This document shows positions 36,990-47,759 of a stretch of 64,000 nt of DNA, in pieces. The DNA is taken from sequence record LC765218.1. One strand, 5' to 3'. Position 1 is the first letter of the stretch; each line of letters starts with the position of its first letter. The position numbers and the translations under genes are program-made. Under the pieces are notes generated by a model. That model ran no database searches. It was not told the DNA's origin and saw only the letters and a list, made by a program, of their open reading frames with translations.

Positions 36990-38174
36990 ATGCCACTACC
37001 AATCGTAGCTAGTGCTATGGCTGGCGCAGCAGGCGCTGCTGCCGGTAGCCAAGCTTTTAAAGGTCTTATGACCACAGTCCTTAATGCGACCAAAAATAGC
37101 ATGGAGATTAACTCCCTTGCAGATTTGACTCGCCCATGTCGAGTTGAACCACTTGCTATTATTGATAGCGTTCTGGTCGACCAACCTTACATGCAAGATA
37201 TCCTTAAAATGGCACTTAGCCAATTCGCCGGATATTATCTGCAAGCTGTTAATATGGTTCTTGGTGTAGGCAAAATCGATACTCTCAAAGTATTCGATAG
37301 CCTGAACCCGTACCGTTCTATTGGTGCTGATGTTAGTGGCGCTGTCTTCTCGAAAGAAAATTACATGAACGGTTTCCCGTCCCTCGAAGCGTTCAACCAA
37401 AAGATCCGTCCTGAACTGATTGCTGAATACTCTCAAGAAGCGTATGAGCAATCAAAAGACGATGATCGTAAGAAGGGTGATAGGGAAAAGAAAGAAGCTG
37501 CACCACGGATGTCTTCGGGTGATACTCAGAAAGTATACGAAACCGAAAACCTCGCTGTGGGTAAACTACTGAACGTTGAAATTACCGATGGTGATGCTAA
37601 GGCTAAACTGCCTGTACTCATCCGTCTCATTCCGGCAGCAGTTCCGTCGCAGACTCTTACTCATATCTTTAGTGCCGGCGGACGTGATACTTGGAGCCAT
37701 CGTCTGTTCCTGGTTAAAACTGGACAGATTCGTTTCTGGCGCGACTTCGTTCTTGGACAGGATATGATTGATGCACACTTTGCAGCTCTGATTTCCGATA
37801 AGTCCGGCGTTTACAAAGAGATCACTGATCGTCGTCGTAATAACCTGAGCAAGTCTGTTCAGACTGGTCGTGTTTCTATGGCAGATGCTTCTAACATTGC
37901 TGTCGTTTCGTCTACCACGATGAAAACAACTGCCAATGCTCTTTACGGTAAACTAGAAGATCCGAATACCCGTCGTAAGATCTTCGATAATAGCTATCTA
38001 CTCATGTTGATCGTTGTTGATGAACGTTGGCAGCGTGTTACTATTTATCACCGTGGTGTGGATATTGCATCTAGCTTCCGCATCGATGAAGTGAAGATGG
38101 CTGAGAAATCTAAAGGTCAAGACATCACTGAAATCTTTAAGATGTTCAGCAAACAGATGCAAACCAACATTTAA
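36990..38174 (+). CDS. Inner-head protein (phiKZ gp89-like)
   Basis: 394 aa with PSLEAF and SQEAY protease-type sites; synteny. Confidence 0.65.
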   Translation: MPLPIVASAMAGAAGAAAGSQAFKGLMTTVLNATKNSMEINSLADLTRPCRVEPLAIIDSVLVDQPYMQDILKMALSQFAGYYLQAVNMVLGVGKIDTLKVFDSLNPYRSIGADVSGAVFSKENYMNGFPSLEAFNQKIRPELIAEYSQEAYEQSKDDDRKKGDREKKEAAPRMSSGDTQKVYETENLAVGKLLNVEITDGDAKAKLPVLIRLIPAAVPSQTLTHIFSAGGRDTWSHRLFLVKTGQIRFWRDFVLGQDMIDAHFAALISDKSGVYKEITDRRRNNLSKSVQTGRVSMADASNIAVVSSTTMKTTANALYGKLEDPNTRRKIFDNSYLLMLIVVDERWQRVTIYHRGVDIASSFRIDEVKMAEKSKGQDITEIFKMFSKQMQTNI

Positions 38175-38189
38175 CCAAGGACATGACCA

Positions 38190-39083
38190 ATGAGTATTCT
38201 TAACTATGTCCAGCAGCTTGCACCTGTAATGGAGCGCCGTCAACTGCTGAACGTTCTGGATCAACTCCAGACCGAATATGACGATACCCTTGCCCCGATT
38301 GTTTCTGATGTTCGGGAAGCTTTCCAAGGTATCCCGCTGAAGTCTAACCTCGCCAAACGAATGGAAAACGTTCTTCGTCGTGGTATTACTTTTAACCAGC
38401 CGGCTATCGATCTGATGCTGGGTTCTCTCGATAACATCCGTGGTAACTTCGAAGTTATTCGTAAAGAAATCCGTAGTCTATTCTCGATCCAATTCACTAA
38501 TACAAACCTGACATTCGATCGAGCTAACATGCTCAAGTTCATCGAAGGTCTGGCTTTCTATATTCGATTTGGCCGTAAATATCTACTGTTCCTTGTTGCC
38601 CAAGAAGCTGCCCTACATGGGAAGGCTACCCGCGCTGCATGGACGTCGGCTGAGTCCGATTGGATCGATACCAACATGGAACAGTTCGCTGCACTGTATC
38701 CGGCGATGACTCTTCAACCTCAAGCACTGAAGCAAAAGCTTAATGCTGCTTCTAATGCTACAGTTGACGAATCGACTTTCCAAGTTGCACAGCAGAATCT
38801 TGGACTTACCAAAACTGATCCTCTGGGTATGGCTGGTTTCTCTCCTCGTCAGAATCCCTTCTTGATCATCGGTAAGCTGATTGCAGAGATGCAGGCTGAG
38901 CGATATAACGTGGCACAAGAAGAGTACTATGGTCTTCAACTTCGGTTGGAAGAACTACGTGCACTTCTAGCTAAAGAACCGACCAGCCCTGTTCTGCAAA
39001 AACAGATCGAAGCTTACGAGCGTCGTATCTCCGCGTATGAATACGAGATCAATAAGATCGAAGAACGCGCTGGCGTACAATAA
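38190..39083 (+). CDS. Inner-head protein (phiKZ gp90-like)
   Basis: 297 aa with C-terminal coiled coil, AAGGA SD; synteny. Confidence 0.65.
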   Translation: MSILNYVQQLAPVMERRQLLNVLDQLQTEYDDTLAPIVSDVREAFQGIPLKSNLAKRMENVLRRGITFNQPAIDLMLGSLDNIRGNFEVIRKEIRSLFSIQFTNTNLTFDRANMLKFIEGLAFYIRFGRKYLLFLVAQEAALHGKATRAAWTSAESDWIDTNMEQFAALYPAMTLQPQALKQKLNAASNATVDESTFQVAQQNLGLTKTDPLGMAGFSPRQNPFLIIGKLIAEMQAERYNVAQEEYYGLQLRLEELRALLAKEPTSPVLQKQIEAYERRISAYEYEINKIEERAGVQ

Positions 39084-39093
39084 GGAGTTGACA

Positions 39094-39627
39094 ATGCCTA
39101 CTAATGCAGTCAAACCTTTCGATGCTAATCGTGAGTATTCTGGCGGTCAAGCTAAAGCTCAACAACGTTTCACTATGCGCCAAGGTGATCCGCGTGTTGT
39201 TGAACTTATGGTTGAATATACCAACTTTCCTCGCCGCGCTGTGTATTGGGAATTCCGTAAACGTGTAATTGATCTCGCTCTTATTAAATTCTCGGGTAAC
39301 TATAACTGGTTTATCCGTCAAGATAATAATGCCATGATTGCTGATCACAATTACGCATTCCTGCAAGATACTGTACGGTTTATTGCCACAGGTAAACGTC
39401 GAGTGAATATCCATGCATGGCCAATGCTACTTACAGCAGAACCGCCAGCGGGTGTTCAACTAATCGAAGATCGTCGGGATATCGCTGAACTTTTCTTAAG
39501 CTACAATCTTTCTCCGAACGAGAACGACATGCTTCAGGAATGGCTCAAGAAGAAAGGTGGCTTCGATGATCTCATGTACACAATGAACATGTTGTTTGGT
39601 AGTGTACCTGAAAAAATCAATAAGTAA
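39094..39627 (+). CDS. Conserved virion-region protein
   Basis: ATG 39094 with AAGGAG SD (track start 39037). Confidence 0.7.
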   Translation: MPTNAVKPFDANREYSGGQAKAQQRFTMRQGDPRVVELMVEYTNFPRRAVYWEFRKRVIDLALIKFSGNYNWFIRQDNNAMIADHNYAFLQDTVRFIATGKRRVNIHAWPMLLTAEPPAGVQLIEDRRDIAELFLSYNLSPNENDMLQEWLKKKGGFDDLMYTMNMLFGSVPEKINK

Positions 39628-39637
39628 GGAGGGGTCC

Positions 39638-40936
39638 ATGGTTGACTCAGTTAACCATTCCCAACCTAACGCAGTCGACGGGGTAACACCCGTCGATCTG
39701 TCCGTCTCGATTGAAGATGAATTCAACGAGTTCGATGCTTGTGCTGAAAAACTTGATAAGTTAATGATGGGGATGGAAACCATAGAGCGACTCGATACAT
39801 TTATCCAGTCTAACTATGACACAGCCAGTCCTGAGATGTTAGCTTATGCTGTTGAGAAATTCGGTCTCACTGACGTTGTCTCTACAGAAGACATTAGTGA
39901 TTCGAGCATGCAGGTTTGGGAACGTACTAAGTTAGAAATAAAGAGAGCGAATAGTGACCTATATGGCTACGCTAAAGTACTGATGGCTGGTATAGATCGT
40001 ACTGTAGAACGAATCACTATGCTTTATGAGATGGCTTCGAACTTAAATGGAACTAAACCATTTAAATCGGAGATTGAACTGAGAAAGGCAAAAAAGTTTA
40101 ATATCAATGGCGAGTTTAAACCATTGGATATTCGACCTGTTCTGGAACAAACACAAAACACCATTGATTTCTATGATAAGGTGTTCATGCCTTATCTCAC
40201 TGCGATCGACAAAACATTCAATAATCTTACCCTTGATCAAGAGTGGACAGATGACTCCACTATTCGGTTTGAAATATTCAATGCGAAACGTTGGATGAAG
40301 GGGGCTATTGAAGTCGACCAAGACGACAGGTTTAGAGTCAATGCTACTTTGTTCCGTTCTGAGTTAACTCAGGGTAATAAGGCTCTTTATTTCTCTGGTC
40401 CGAGTGAAACTAAGACTGAGCAACTTAAAGATTGGCAGTTTATGGTAAACTCCATTCGGGACTTCCGTTTTAAGTATTACACTGTACCAGAACAGAAACC
40501 ATTAAATGAGCAAGATAACAAAGTTGAAGTGTCGAATATAAACGCTGTTCGTCAGCGTTTAGGAGTACTACTTGGGTTAGCTAAACGCTTACAATCGCGC
40601 AAAGGCTATGACCAAAAGATCTCTGCTCAACTTCGTAAACTTGAACAATCCGCTGAAAAGATTAGAGTAAAAGCTGGACAACTTCGCCAAAGTCAAGGTC
40701 GTAAAAAACCTGGCGCTGAGGAAAGAGATGAAGCCCGGCCATCCGTATCTAATGTCGTTAACGATCTAACAATGATCCTTAATAATGTCATGCGGATGAT
40801 CATTGACTATAACAACACTCTCGCTGGTATGATTCGCTTAATTGCAGGTTTGGCTATGGTAGCCGACCTTGAACTTAAGGCGTATCAGGCTCCTCTTCGC
40901 AAACCTACGGAAGAAGAACAGAAGCGTTTGGGTTGA
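39638..40936 (+). CDS. Head protein (phiKZ gp92-like)
   Basis: ATG 39638 with AAGGAGG SD (track start 39596); SIEDEF, GMETIE and STEDI sites. Confidence 0.65.
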   Translation: MVDSVNHSQPNAVDGVTPVDLSVSIEDEFNEFDACAEKLDKLMMGMETIERLDTFIQSNYDTASPEMLAYAVEKFGLTDVVSTEDISDSSMQVWERTKLEIKRANSDLYGYAKVLMAGIDRTVERITMLYEMASNLNGTKPFKSEIELRKAKKFNINGEFKPLDIRPVLEQTQNTIDFYDKVFMPYLTAIDKTFNNLTLDQEWTDDSTIRFEIFNAKRWMKGAIEVDQDDRFRVNATLFRSELTQGNKALYFSGPSETKTEQLKDWQFMVNSIRDFRFKYYTVPEQKPLNEQDNKVEVSNINAVRQRLGVLLGLAKRLQSRKGYDQKISAQLRKLEQSAEKIRVKAGQLRQSQGRKKPGAEERDEARPSVSNVVNDLTMILNNVMRMIIDYNNTLAGMIRLIAGLAMVADLELKAYQAPLRKPTEEEQKRLG

Positions 40937-40945
40937 TGACATATT

Positions 40946-40976
40946 GGGGAACCACACGGTTCCCCTTTATGCTATG
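40946..40976 (+). terminator. Terminator followed by TTTATG-CTATG
   Basis: GGGGAACC-ACAC-GGTTCCCC-TTTATG. Confidence 0.8.
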
Positions 40977-41004
40977 TTATCTATTCACATGTCAGAGAAT
41001 CGAA

Positions 41005-43659
41005 ATGACTATTCACAATCTGAACAAACATCTTGGTGGTGGTAAAGCCACCTCCTCAAACGAAGCTATTGCTGATGGCGTAGCTCGCGAAGTACCAGTT
41101 GATACAGTTGATACTTCTGTAAAAGCCTTGGCCACTACCAAAGATCTACCAGAAAATCCAGAAGAAGGTGCTGTTTATCACGTTAACGGTGTTGACTGGG
41201 TATTCGTTAAAGGTGAATGGGTCACGCGTCAAGGTATTTATGGCCACGAAGATTTTGGCGATGCGCATGAACCTCTGTGGGATGGTACTGGTGAGAAACC
41301 TAATATCGAAACACAGAGAGCAGAATCTGAAGTTGTCCGAGAAAATAGTGATGAACCTGCAATCACTCCTGAGGGTACCAATGAGTCCACGGAACAGGTT
41401 GTAAGTGAAACTGAACAAGTTGAAGAAGTAGTTGAAGAAAACGTTACTCCTGAACCTATCGTTAATCCAGCCTCTCCTAGTGAGACTATGGAAGAAGCTA
41501 CTTCTGAAACGGAAGCCGAGAGTGAGTCAGTGGTTGAACCCACCGTACATGAACAGGTAGAAGCCCATGAAGCAGCAGCTAACCCCATCGAAGAGATTGA
41601 GGAAAGCGAGACCCAGGAAGAAGAGAAACCCTCGACAGAAAACGTTGACGGGGAACCTCTAGCTCATCCCGTTGAAGAAGATAAGCCTGTTGAAGTAATG
41701 GAACCTTCTGATGTGGGTATGTGTGAAGAAACTATGTTGGCACATGATCGCATCGGTCAAGTGGCGAATAGTATCGATCAGTTGCATACAGCACAGACTG
41801 CTCTAGAAGCTTATCACGATGTCGTTAAGACTGGTCGTGTATCTAAGCAATCTGCCGCAGTACTTCATAAAGGTCTTGTTCATATTGATCGGACTTTTAA
41901 TCTCAAGGTCAAAGCAACAGGACTTGAGGCATTCGATACTACTCCTCGTTCGGCAATGGAATCTGTCGATATTGATGGTGAGACTATCACTGGACGAATG
42001 AAGCAGATCGGTGGGGCAGTCTACAAAAAGATTCAAGAACTTCTCGCCAAGCTGATCGAATACATTAAGAACTTTGATCTAAAGCGTAAACAATCTGAAG
42101 CTAAAGTAGACAAGCTGCTTTCTCAGATCAGTGATGTACCGCGCAACGCGATTCCTGAAAACGAAAAGATTAAAGTATCGAAAGCTAAGTTCTTCTATGC
42201 TGGCGGTAAATTCGTTGGCACTGATACAAGTGCAGAAGTAGCTGTTATTGATCTAGCTGTATCTGCTGCCATGGCAATGCAGTCTAACGTTGTATTCCTT
42301 GGTCAACAACTTGCTAAGATGGAAGCGACTAGTGATGGTGTGAACGAGTTCAGAAATGTTATTGAAACACGGCTGAGTCAGAACCGTGATCACGTTGAGA
42401 AAGATCTTCCAGGTGGTGGTAAAATCATTCGAGAAGGCCATGCCCTTATTCTTGAGCGTGGTGAAGATGAACATGCAGGTGAAGAACTAGATGCTCTTTC
42501 TCGTACTGATATCGAGAAAGCTTTGAAGTCACTTCAGAAGTTCTATCAGAATGCAGGTAAGTCTGACCGTATTTCTCGAATTGTAGATTCTGCTCGTACT
42601 AAGTCACAAGAAGCAATTAAAGCTGCACGTACTGGTGGTGATGAACGTTATGTTCAAGAGCTACAACAACTTTACGTTACAGCTGTAGCAGATATGATCA
42701 AAGAGATGAATCTCCAGATGGTAACTGCTCTTGTTACTTATACGTCTTCTGGTAAAGCCATGTATCTTGAAGCATGCCTTGAGAACCTTAAAGTGCAAGG
42801 TGCTGGCATGGAGTCTCACGATCCGTTCGTATTCTCTAATGAAGGCCTCTTTACCGAAATCGGTCACTTCTTCAACGCTATGATTCATGGGCGTAAAGAA
42901 GATCTTAAGCCAGAGCAGTACAATGCGGTTAAGAGCAAGATCTCTAAAACGTTTGGTGATCCGAATTGGCTGAAGAATCGTCGTTTCATTGAAGGCGATA
43001 TTAAGTTCAAAGGAGATCCTTCTCTTGGGGATAACTTCAAACAAGTAATCGCTAAGGCAGTTGGTCAACTTAACCAGGCTGCCCGTGGTAACGCAGCTGT
43101 GTTTACCCGAGCTGCTAACTCCGTTAAGCCATATACTGACTTCCTAATCAAGATGGAATATCGTAACCATCCTGAGAAGACTCAGAAAATGTACGACGGC
43201 ATGCCAAGCTTTGATAAGAATAAGTTCAAACCCGTTAAATATAACAGTGGTATGGCACATTCTTACGTAGACGTTACTCTTCCTGCAATGACTCCAGAAC
43301 AGGTAGCCTCAGCCGCAGATGAGATCATTAAAGCTATTGATTATATCACTGGCTATTGGAAAACATCTATGGGCAAAGAGTGGTGGGATACTTTCAACGT
43401 TGAGAATGAGTACGGTCTATTTGGTCGATTTATTCCAGCGCACATGGAAGGTTCCGGTAAGTACACGGATGTTATCCGTAACATTGCTACGTACACTAAA
43501 GGTGAAGACCAGAAATGGTGTGTTAAGCTTGCCAGTAAGATTGCTGAATTCGCTGATGATGGCGAAGCCACATTCTTCAAAGAAGGCGGTGGTCAGTGGG
43601 AATTCTATTTCACTTACATCCGCGGTCTAATCAACTGGATGGATGCTTCCACCCGTTAA
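41005..43659 (+). CDS. Inner-head protein paralogue (gp93-family) with long acidic propeptide and an additional C-terminal domain
   Basis: Start refined to ATG 41005 because the track start at 40933 runs through a terminator. TALEAY...SKQSAAVL...GLEAF...SAMESV family motif. Confidence 0.7.
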   Translation: MTIHNLNKHLGGGKATSSNEAIADGVAREVPVDTVDTSVKALATTKDLPENPEEGAVYHVNGVDWVFVKGEWVTRQGIYGHEDFGDAHEPLWDGTGEKPNIETQRAESEVVRENSDEPAITPEGTNESTEQVVSETEQVEEVVEENVTPEPIVNPASPSETMEEATSETEAESESVVEPTVHEQVEAHEAAANPIEEIEESETQEEEKPSTENVDGEPLAHPVEEDKPVEVMEPSDVGMCEETMLAHDRIGQVANSIDQLHTAQTALEAYHDVVKTGRVSKQSAAVLHKGLVHIDRTFNLKVKATGLEAFDTTPRSAMESVDIDGETITGRMKQIGGAVYKKIQELLAKLIEYIKNFDLKRKQSEAKVDKLLSQISDVPRNAIPENEKIKVSKAKFFYAGGKFVGTDTSAEVAVIDLAVSAAMAMQSNVVFLGQQLAKMEATSDGVNEFRNVIETRLSQNRDHVEKDLPGGGKIIREGHALILERGEDEHAGEELDALSRTDIEKALKSLQKFYQNAGKSDRISRIVDSARTKSQEAIKAARTGGDERYVQELQQLYVTAVADMIKEMNLQMVTALVTYTSSGKAMYLEACLENLKVQGAGMESHDPFVFSNEGLFTEIGHFFNAMIHGRKEDLKPEQYNAVKSKISKTFGDPNWLKNRRFIEGDIKFKGDPSLGDNFKQVIAKAVGQLNQAARGNAAVFTRAANSVKPYTDFLIKMEYRNHPEKTQKMYDGMPSFDKNKFKPVKYNSGMAHSYVDVTLPAMTPEQVASAADEIIKAIDYITGYWKTSMGKEWWDTFNVENEYGLFGRFIPAHMEGSGKYTDVIRNIATYTKGEDQKWCVKLASKIAEFADDGEATFFKEGGGQWEFYFTYIRGLINWMDASTR

Positions 43660-43664
43660 AGCAT

Positions 43665-43692
43665 GGGGAGCTTCGGCTCCCTTTATGCTATG
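43665..43692 (+). terminator. Terminator followed by TTTATG-CTATG
   Basis: GGGAGC-TTCG-GCTCCC-TTTATG. Confidence 0.8.
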
Positions 43693-43718
43693 TAAACTAA
43701 TTCTATTTCGAGGCTAAC

Positions 43719-44981
43719 ATGCTTGACACTGAAATGCCCTGTACTGTAAATACAGAACCTGCTGAAACAATCATCGAACCAGCGGAAGATATCCAGGTAG
43801 AGATTGAAGACGTATCTGATTTCCAAAACGATGTAGCTGAACAAGAAGTTGTAGAATCCGAAGACCTCGAAGGTGTCGCTGAATCTCTAGAAGCTTATTC
43901 TCAACTCCTTAAACAAGCTGGTGACAAAGGTATCACTAAACAATCTGCTGCAATGATGCGAATTGGCATGAAACAGATTGATGCGCGGCTCAATATCAAA
44001 CGAGAAGCACTTAGCCTGGAAGGCTTTAAAACGTGCACTATGCGCGATGGACTACAAACCACTACTGTTTCCATGGAAGATGTCAAAGAGCGCGTTAAAG
44101 AGCTTGGTAAGCGCATTGTAGAGTTCATTGCTAGGCTGATTGAACGAGCGAAGGCGATTTACCAAAAACTGGCTGGTCCTAAAGTTAAAACACAAAAGGC
44201 AGCACAACAACTAATTGCTGCTTCTCGTGCCTTCCCTGCTTATCCTGGCGGTAAGATGCGTGGCTCTGTTCCAGAAAATGTTTCGGAAGATCTTAAGAAG
44301 AAAGCTGCTGAGATTAAAGAGCGTAAAGGTGATATCGACGAAGAATCTAAGAAGATTCGTATTGAAGATACCACTAACATTGTTGCCGATGGAGAGAACA
44401 CTTACGACACCATCGCAACTGAAAAGGCTTACGCTGTATTCCTCTACGATCGTCTTCCCAAAGCACTAATGTCCGTGATGAAATTTGCCAAAGATAATGT
44501 TGGTAAAGGCGATGCTTCTGAATATATTGAAAGTGTTCTAGATCACACCCACAGTGAAATGACAAAAGTTGTTCAAGCCTCTATCGGTCAAGATTTCCTA
44601 CCCGGTAGTATCCGTCTTTCGTGGGATATGGAAAACCTAGGCTTTAAGATTATTCATGGTACTGACTCGAATGGACCTATTGAGGTTGATCTCCGTCCAG
44701 CAAGTGCTATCACTAAATTTGCTCAGGAATGTGAAACTGTTCTAGCTGTCATGACCGATGATGCATCTGTAAATCGGCACAATGGTGAACTTCAACAGCT
44801 ATCGGACTCCCTCGGTGCAAAACTAGTGACTGAGCTGGACGACCCAGCTGTATTTGGTGCCATCACAAGTCTAATCACTAAGATCCGTTCTCTCGATGTT
44901 CTTGCTCAAGTTGAACGTCAGATTGTTACCTCTGTTTTTGCGAAACTAGCTATCGCTAAACACGAGCTAACTAAGTACTAA
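43719..44981 (+). CDS. Inner-head protein paralogue (gp93/94/95 family)
   Basis: ESLEAY..GITKQSAA..SLEGF..SMEDVK..IVEFIARL. Confidence 0.72.
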   Translation: MLDTEMPCTVNTEPAETIIEPAEDIQVEIEDVSDFQNDVAEQEVVESEDLEGVAESLEAYSQLLKQAGDKGITKQSAAMMRIGMKQIDARLNIKREALSLEGFKTCTMRDGLQTTTVSMEDVKERVKELGKRIVEFIARLIERAKAIYQKLAGPKVKTQKAAQQLIAASRAFPAYPGGKMRGSVPENVSEDLKKKAAEIKERKGDIDEESKKIRIEDTTNIVADGENTYDTIATEKAYAVFLYDRLPKALMSVMKFAKDNVGKGDASEYIESVLDHTHSEMTKVVQASIGQDFLPGSIRLSWDMENLGFKIIHGTDSNGPIEVDLRPASAITKFAQECETVLAVMTDDASVNRHNGELQQLSDSLGAKLVTELDDPAVFGAITSLITKIRSLDVLAQVERQIVTSVFAKLAIAKHELTKY

Positions 44982-45012
44982 CATAAATGCCCTCCCTATG
45001 GAGGGCTTTATG
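44982..45012 (+). terminator. Terminator ending in TTTATG
   Basis: CATAAAT-GCCCTCC-CTAT-GGAGGGC-TTTATG. Confidence 0.8.
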
Positions 45013-45055
45013 ACTGCTATGCCAAATTCTATGTTTAACATAACGAGAAATCAAA

Positions 45056-46216
45056 ATGGACACTCGTCAGAATCCAGCAAATCGCCCGCAATTAAAAGAT
45101 AGTCCTCAGGAAGAACTTCCGGATATGATCGTCAATGATCATGAACAAGAATTCAAAGATTTGTTTGAAGCCCATATCGCTATTGAAGCTTATCTTGATC
45201 AATTAACTGATGCAGGTCGAGATGGCCTAAGTTTACAAACTCGTAAGTTCATGGCTATTGGTCTTGAGCATATAGACCGTATTCTTGGTAAACAAGAACG
45301 TGTATCGATTGAAGCACTTCTTACTGATCCAACTATTTCACAAGAGTCACTAGTTGATCGTTTAAAAGAGGTGGGTAGAAAAATCCTTGAGCTCATCGAA
45401 AAGATAATCGATGAAGCTAAACTACTCGCGCAACGTGTTATCTCTGGTATCAGCTCAACTGAAAAGAAAACAGAAGAGCTTCTTAAGTTAGCTCAACAGA
45501 GCAGCAATAAGAAAGCCAGTATGGAATTCCATGACAACGGTACAACTATCACTGTTAATGGAGCTTCCAAGCTTTTTGCAGGCTCTGAGTTCTGCCTGGA
45601 TGATTTCAAAGCTGAAACCACTGTAATGAAGTTCTTCATTAATACTTACCCGAAGTACCTTGTCGATAATATTAATCGGCTATGTAAGTCCATTAAGAGT
45701 TACGATGTAGAAACTGGTGATATCACGACATTTGAAGCGAACTCGGAATTCATTGGTAAGCATACCAGTATTATTCATCCGCTCAAAGATGTTGTTCTAC
45801 CGGGTAACTATGTTATCCATTTCCGCGACGTATCTCTTCTACCAATGGTCATCCATGATGAGGATATGACCAGCGGGCCAGAAACATATGAACATCCAGT
45901 GCGCAGTCGATTGGAAATCCAAAAGACTCTTAAACAGAATCTGGTCGTTACAAATAGCCTTGGTGAACTCTTTAAAGAGGAAGCTAAGGTACTTGAGCAA
46001 ATGAAATGTCTAACCAAAGATCTTATTGCATTGGAAGATCGTCGTGGTGAGACAGTATGGAAAAGATCTCGGGATGCTCTAGATCGAGTGTCTAGTATTG
46101 TAATGGATCTTATTCCGAAATTACGGCCGAACTATGGTCCAATTGTTGCACGTATTAATGCTATCACTAACATTCGAAATAAAGTGTGTGAATTAGAGCT
46201 CAGTGCGACCTCTTAA
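45056..46216 (+). CDS. Inner-head protein paralogue
   Basis: AIEAY..GLSLQT..SIEAL..SQESL..ILELIEKII. Confidence 0.72.
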   Translation: MDTRQNPANRPQLKDSPQEELPDMIVNDHEQEFKDLFEAHIAIEAYLDQLTDAGRDGLSLQTRKFMAIGLEHIDRILGKQERVSIEALLTDPTISQESLVDRLKEVGRKILELIEKIIDEAKLLAQRVISGISSTEKKTEELLKLAQQSSNKKASMEFHDNGTTITVNGASKLFAGSEFCLDDFKAETTVMKFFINTYPKYLVDNINRLCKSIKSYDVETGDITTFEANSEFIGKHTSIIHPLKDVVLPGNYVIHFRDVSLLPMVIHDEDMTSGPETYEHPVRSRLEIQKTLKQNLVVTNSLGELFKEEAKVLEQMKCLTKDLIALEDRRGETVWKRSRDALDRVSSIVMDLIPKLRPNYGPIVARINAITNIRNKVCELELSATS

Positions 46217-46276
46217 CCAATTCTATGGTTATTAACAATCATCATCGCGCGATGATTCTCCTCCGAGGAAAATGTA

Positions 46277-47710
46277 ATGCTACGATCCATTCATAAATAC
46301 GTCGGTTCTCTAGAAGAATTCAAAGAAGAACCGATTACTCCAGAAGTTGCTGCTGTTGCAGAAGCTCCTTTGGAAACACAAGAAGTAGAAGTCATCGAAG
46401 CACCGACCAATGTGGTCGATGAGGCTCCTGTTGAATTACCCGTTCCGACACCTGTACCCGAAATTGGTGCAGTTGGTACCGATACTGTTGTAGAAACCGA
46501 GCCGGTTGAAGTACCTGCTGAGATTGCTCCTATCGAAGGTCCAGTTGACGTTACTGAAGCTGTTGGTGAAATCGATGCTGTATCGCATGCTCACGTTGAA
46601 AAAGAAATCCTTGAACAACGTGCAGATGAACTGATTGAAACGCAACATGCCCTTGAAGCGTATTCTGGTCTACTGCGTCAAGCTCGTGGGGAGATTTCTC
46701 AACAGACGGCAGCATTCCTTCGTGTTGGTATTAAACAAGCTGAACGTGTTCTTGGTACTAATCAAGTATCCACAGGACTTGAAAACTATAATGCCGGCGA
46801 ACGTTCTGATATTCTTCGTGCAGAAATTTCTGTAGAAGATATTAAAGAATACGCCAACAAGGCATTTGAGAAACTGAAAGAAATCATCGAGAAGATCATT
46901 GACGCCATTATTGGTGGTATCGATAATCTGATGAACGGTATCTCCAAAGCAGATAAAGTTGTCACTCAACTCGAAGAGATTCTTGCTTCTGGTGGTAATC
47001 TCTGGACCGGTACAGGTAAGACCTTTGTTCTTAACAATCCGGCACCTGTCTTTGCGAATGGTAAATCCAAACTTGGTGATACCAAAGTTCTCAGTGGTCT
47101 AGCTCATTTCTCGGCTTACGTATACCCGGCCGCTGTTAAGAAATACTACGAGAACCTTGCTAAACTTATTAGCGGTTATAACGTAGTTAAAGGTGATGGC
47201 GAAGAGATGTCGGAGAAGTTGTACAAAGCTACCGCTCCTCTTGATGACATCTACGGTGCAAACTACGATATCTTCCCTGGTAACATGCGTGTTGAACTTC
47301 AAGCAGACGGTATCGTTTACGGTATTGGTCCAGCCACTTCTGCCAAAGAAGCACCGGCGGAATTTGAAGTTAAAGTATCCAGTCCAAGTACTCTGCGTAC
47401 CAATACGAAACGCCTTCGCGATATCATCGAGATTCTGAAAGCAGCTCGCGATGAACACGTTAAGATCAAAGAAGGTGCTGAAGCCCTTAAGAAAGCAGTT
47501 AGTAAAATCGAAGATCAGCTTAACAATGAAGATCTCGACGATGCATCTAAAGCTGCTGCTCGAAAAGTAACTCAGACTGCACTGGAACTGATTCGTGAAT
47601 CCAACCCGCGTTCTCGTGAAATCATCCGGTATGTAACCCGTACTGTTGTTGCATACGCTTCTGTTTATATTCAAGAAGCTAAGCTGCATAAAGAGCCGGC
47701 TAAAGACTAA
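46277..47710 (+). CDS. Inner-head protein paralogue
   Basis: ALEAY..EISQQTAA..GLENY..SVEDIK..IIEKII. Confidence 0.72.
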   Translation: MLRSIHKYVGSLEEFKEEPITPEVAAVAEAPLETQEVEVIEAPTNVVDEAPVELPVPTPVPEIGAVGTDTVVETEPVEVPAEIAPIEGPVDVTEAVGEIDAVSHAHVEKEILEQRADELIETQHALEAYSGLLRQARGEISQQTAAFLRVGIKQAERVLGTNQVSTGLENYNAGERSDILRAEISVEDIKEYANKAFEKLKEIIEKIIDAIIGGIDNLMNGISKADKVVTQLEEILASGGNLWTGTGKTFVLNNPAPVFANGKSKLGDTKVLSGLAHFSAYVYPAAVKKYYENLAKLISGYNVVKGDGEEMSEKLYKATAPLDDIYGANYDIFPGNMRVELQADGIVYGIGPATSAKEAPAEFEVKVSSPSTLRTNTKRLRDIIEILKAARDEHVKIKEGAEALKKAVSKIEDQLNNEDLDDASKAAARKVTQTALELIRESNPRSREIIRYVTRTVVAYASVYIQEAKLHKEPAKD

Positions 47711-47711
47711 G

Positions 47712-47745
47712 ACATAGACGGGGCTCTTCGGAGTCCCGTCTTATG
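47712..47745 (+). terminator. Terminator ending in TTATG
   Basis: ACATAGACGGGCTC-TTCG-GAGTCCCGTCTTATGT. Confidence 0.8.
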
Positions 47746-47759
47746 TTCAGGAGTTAACA

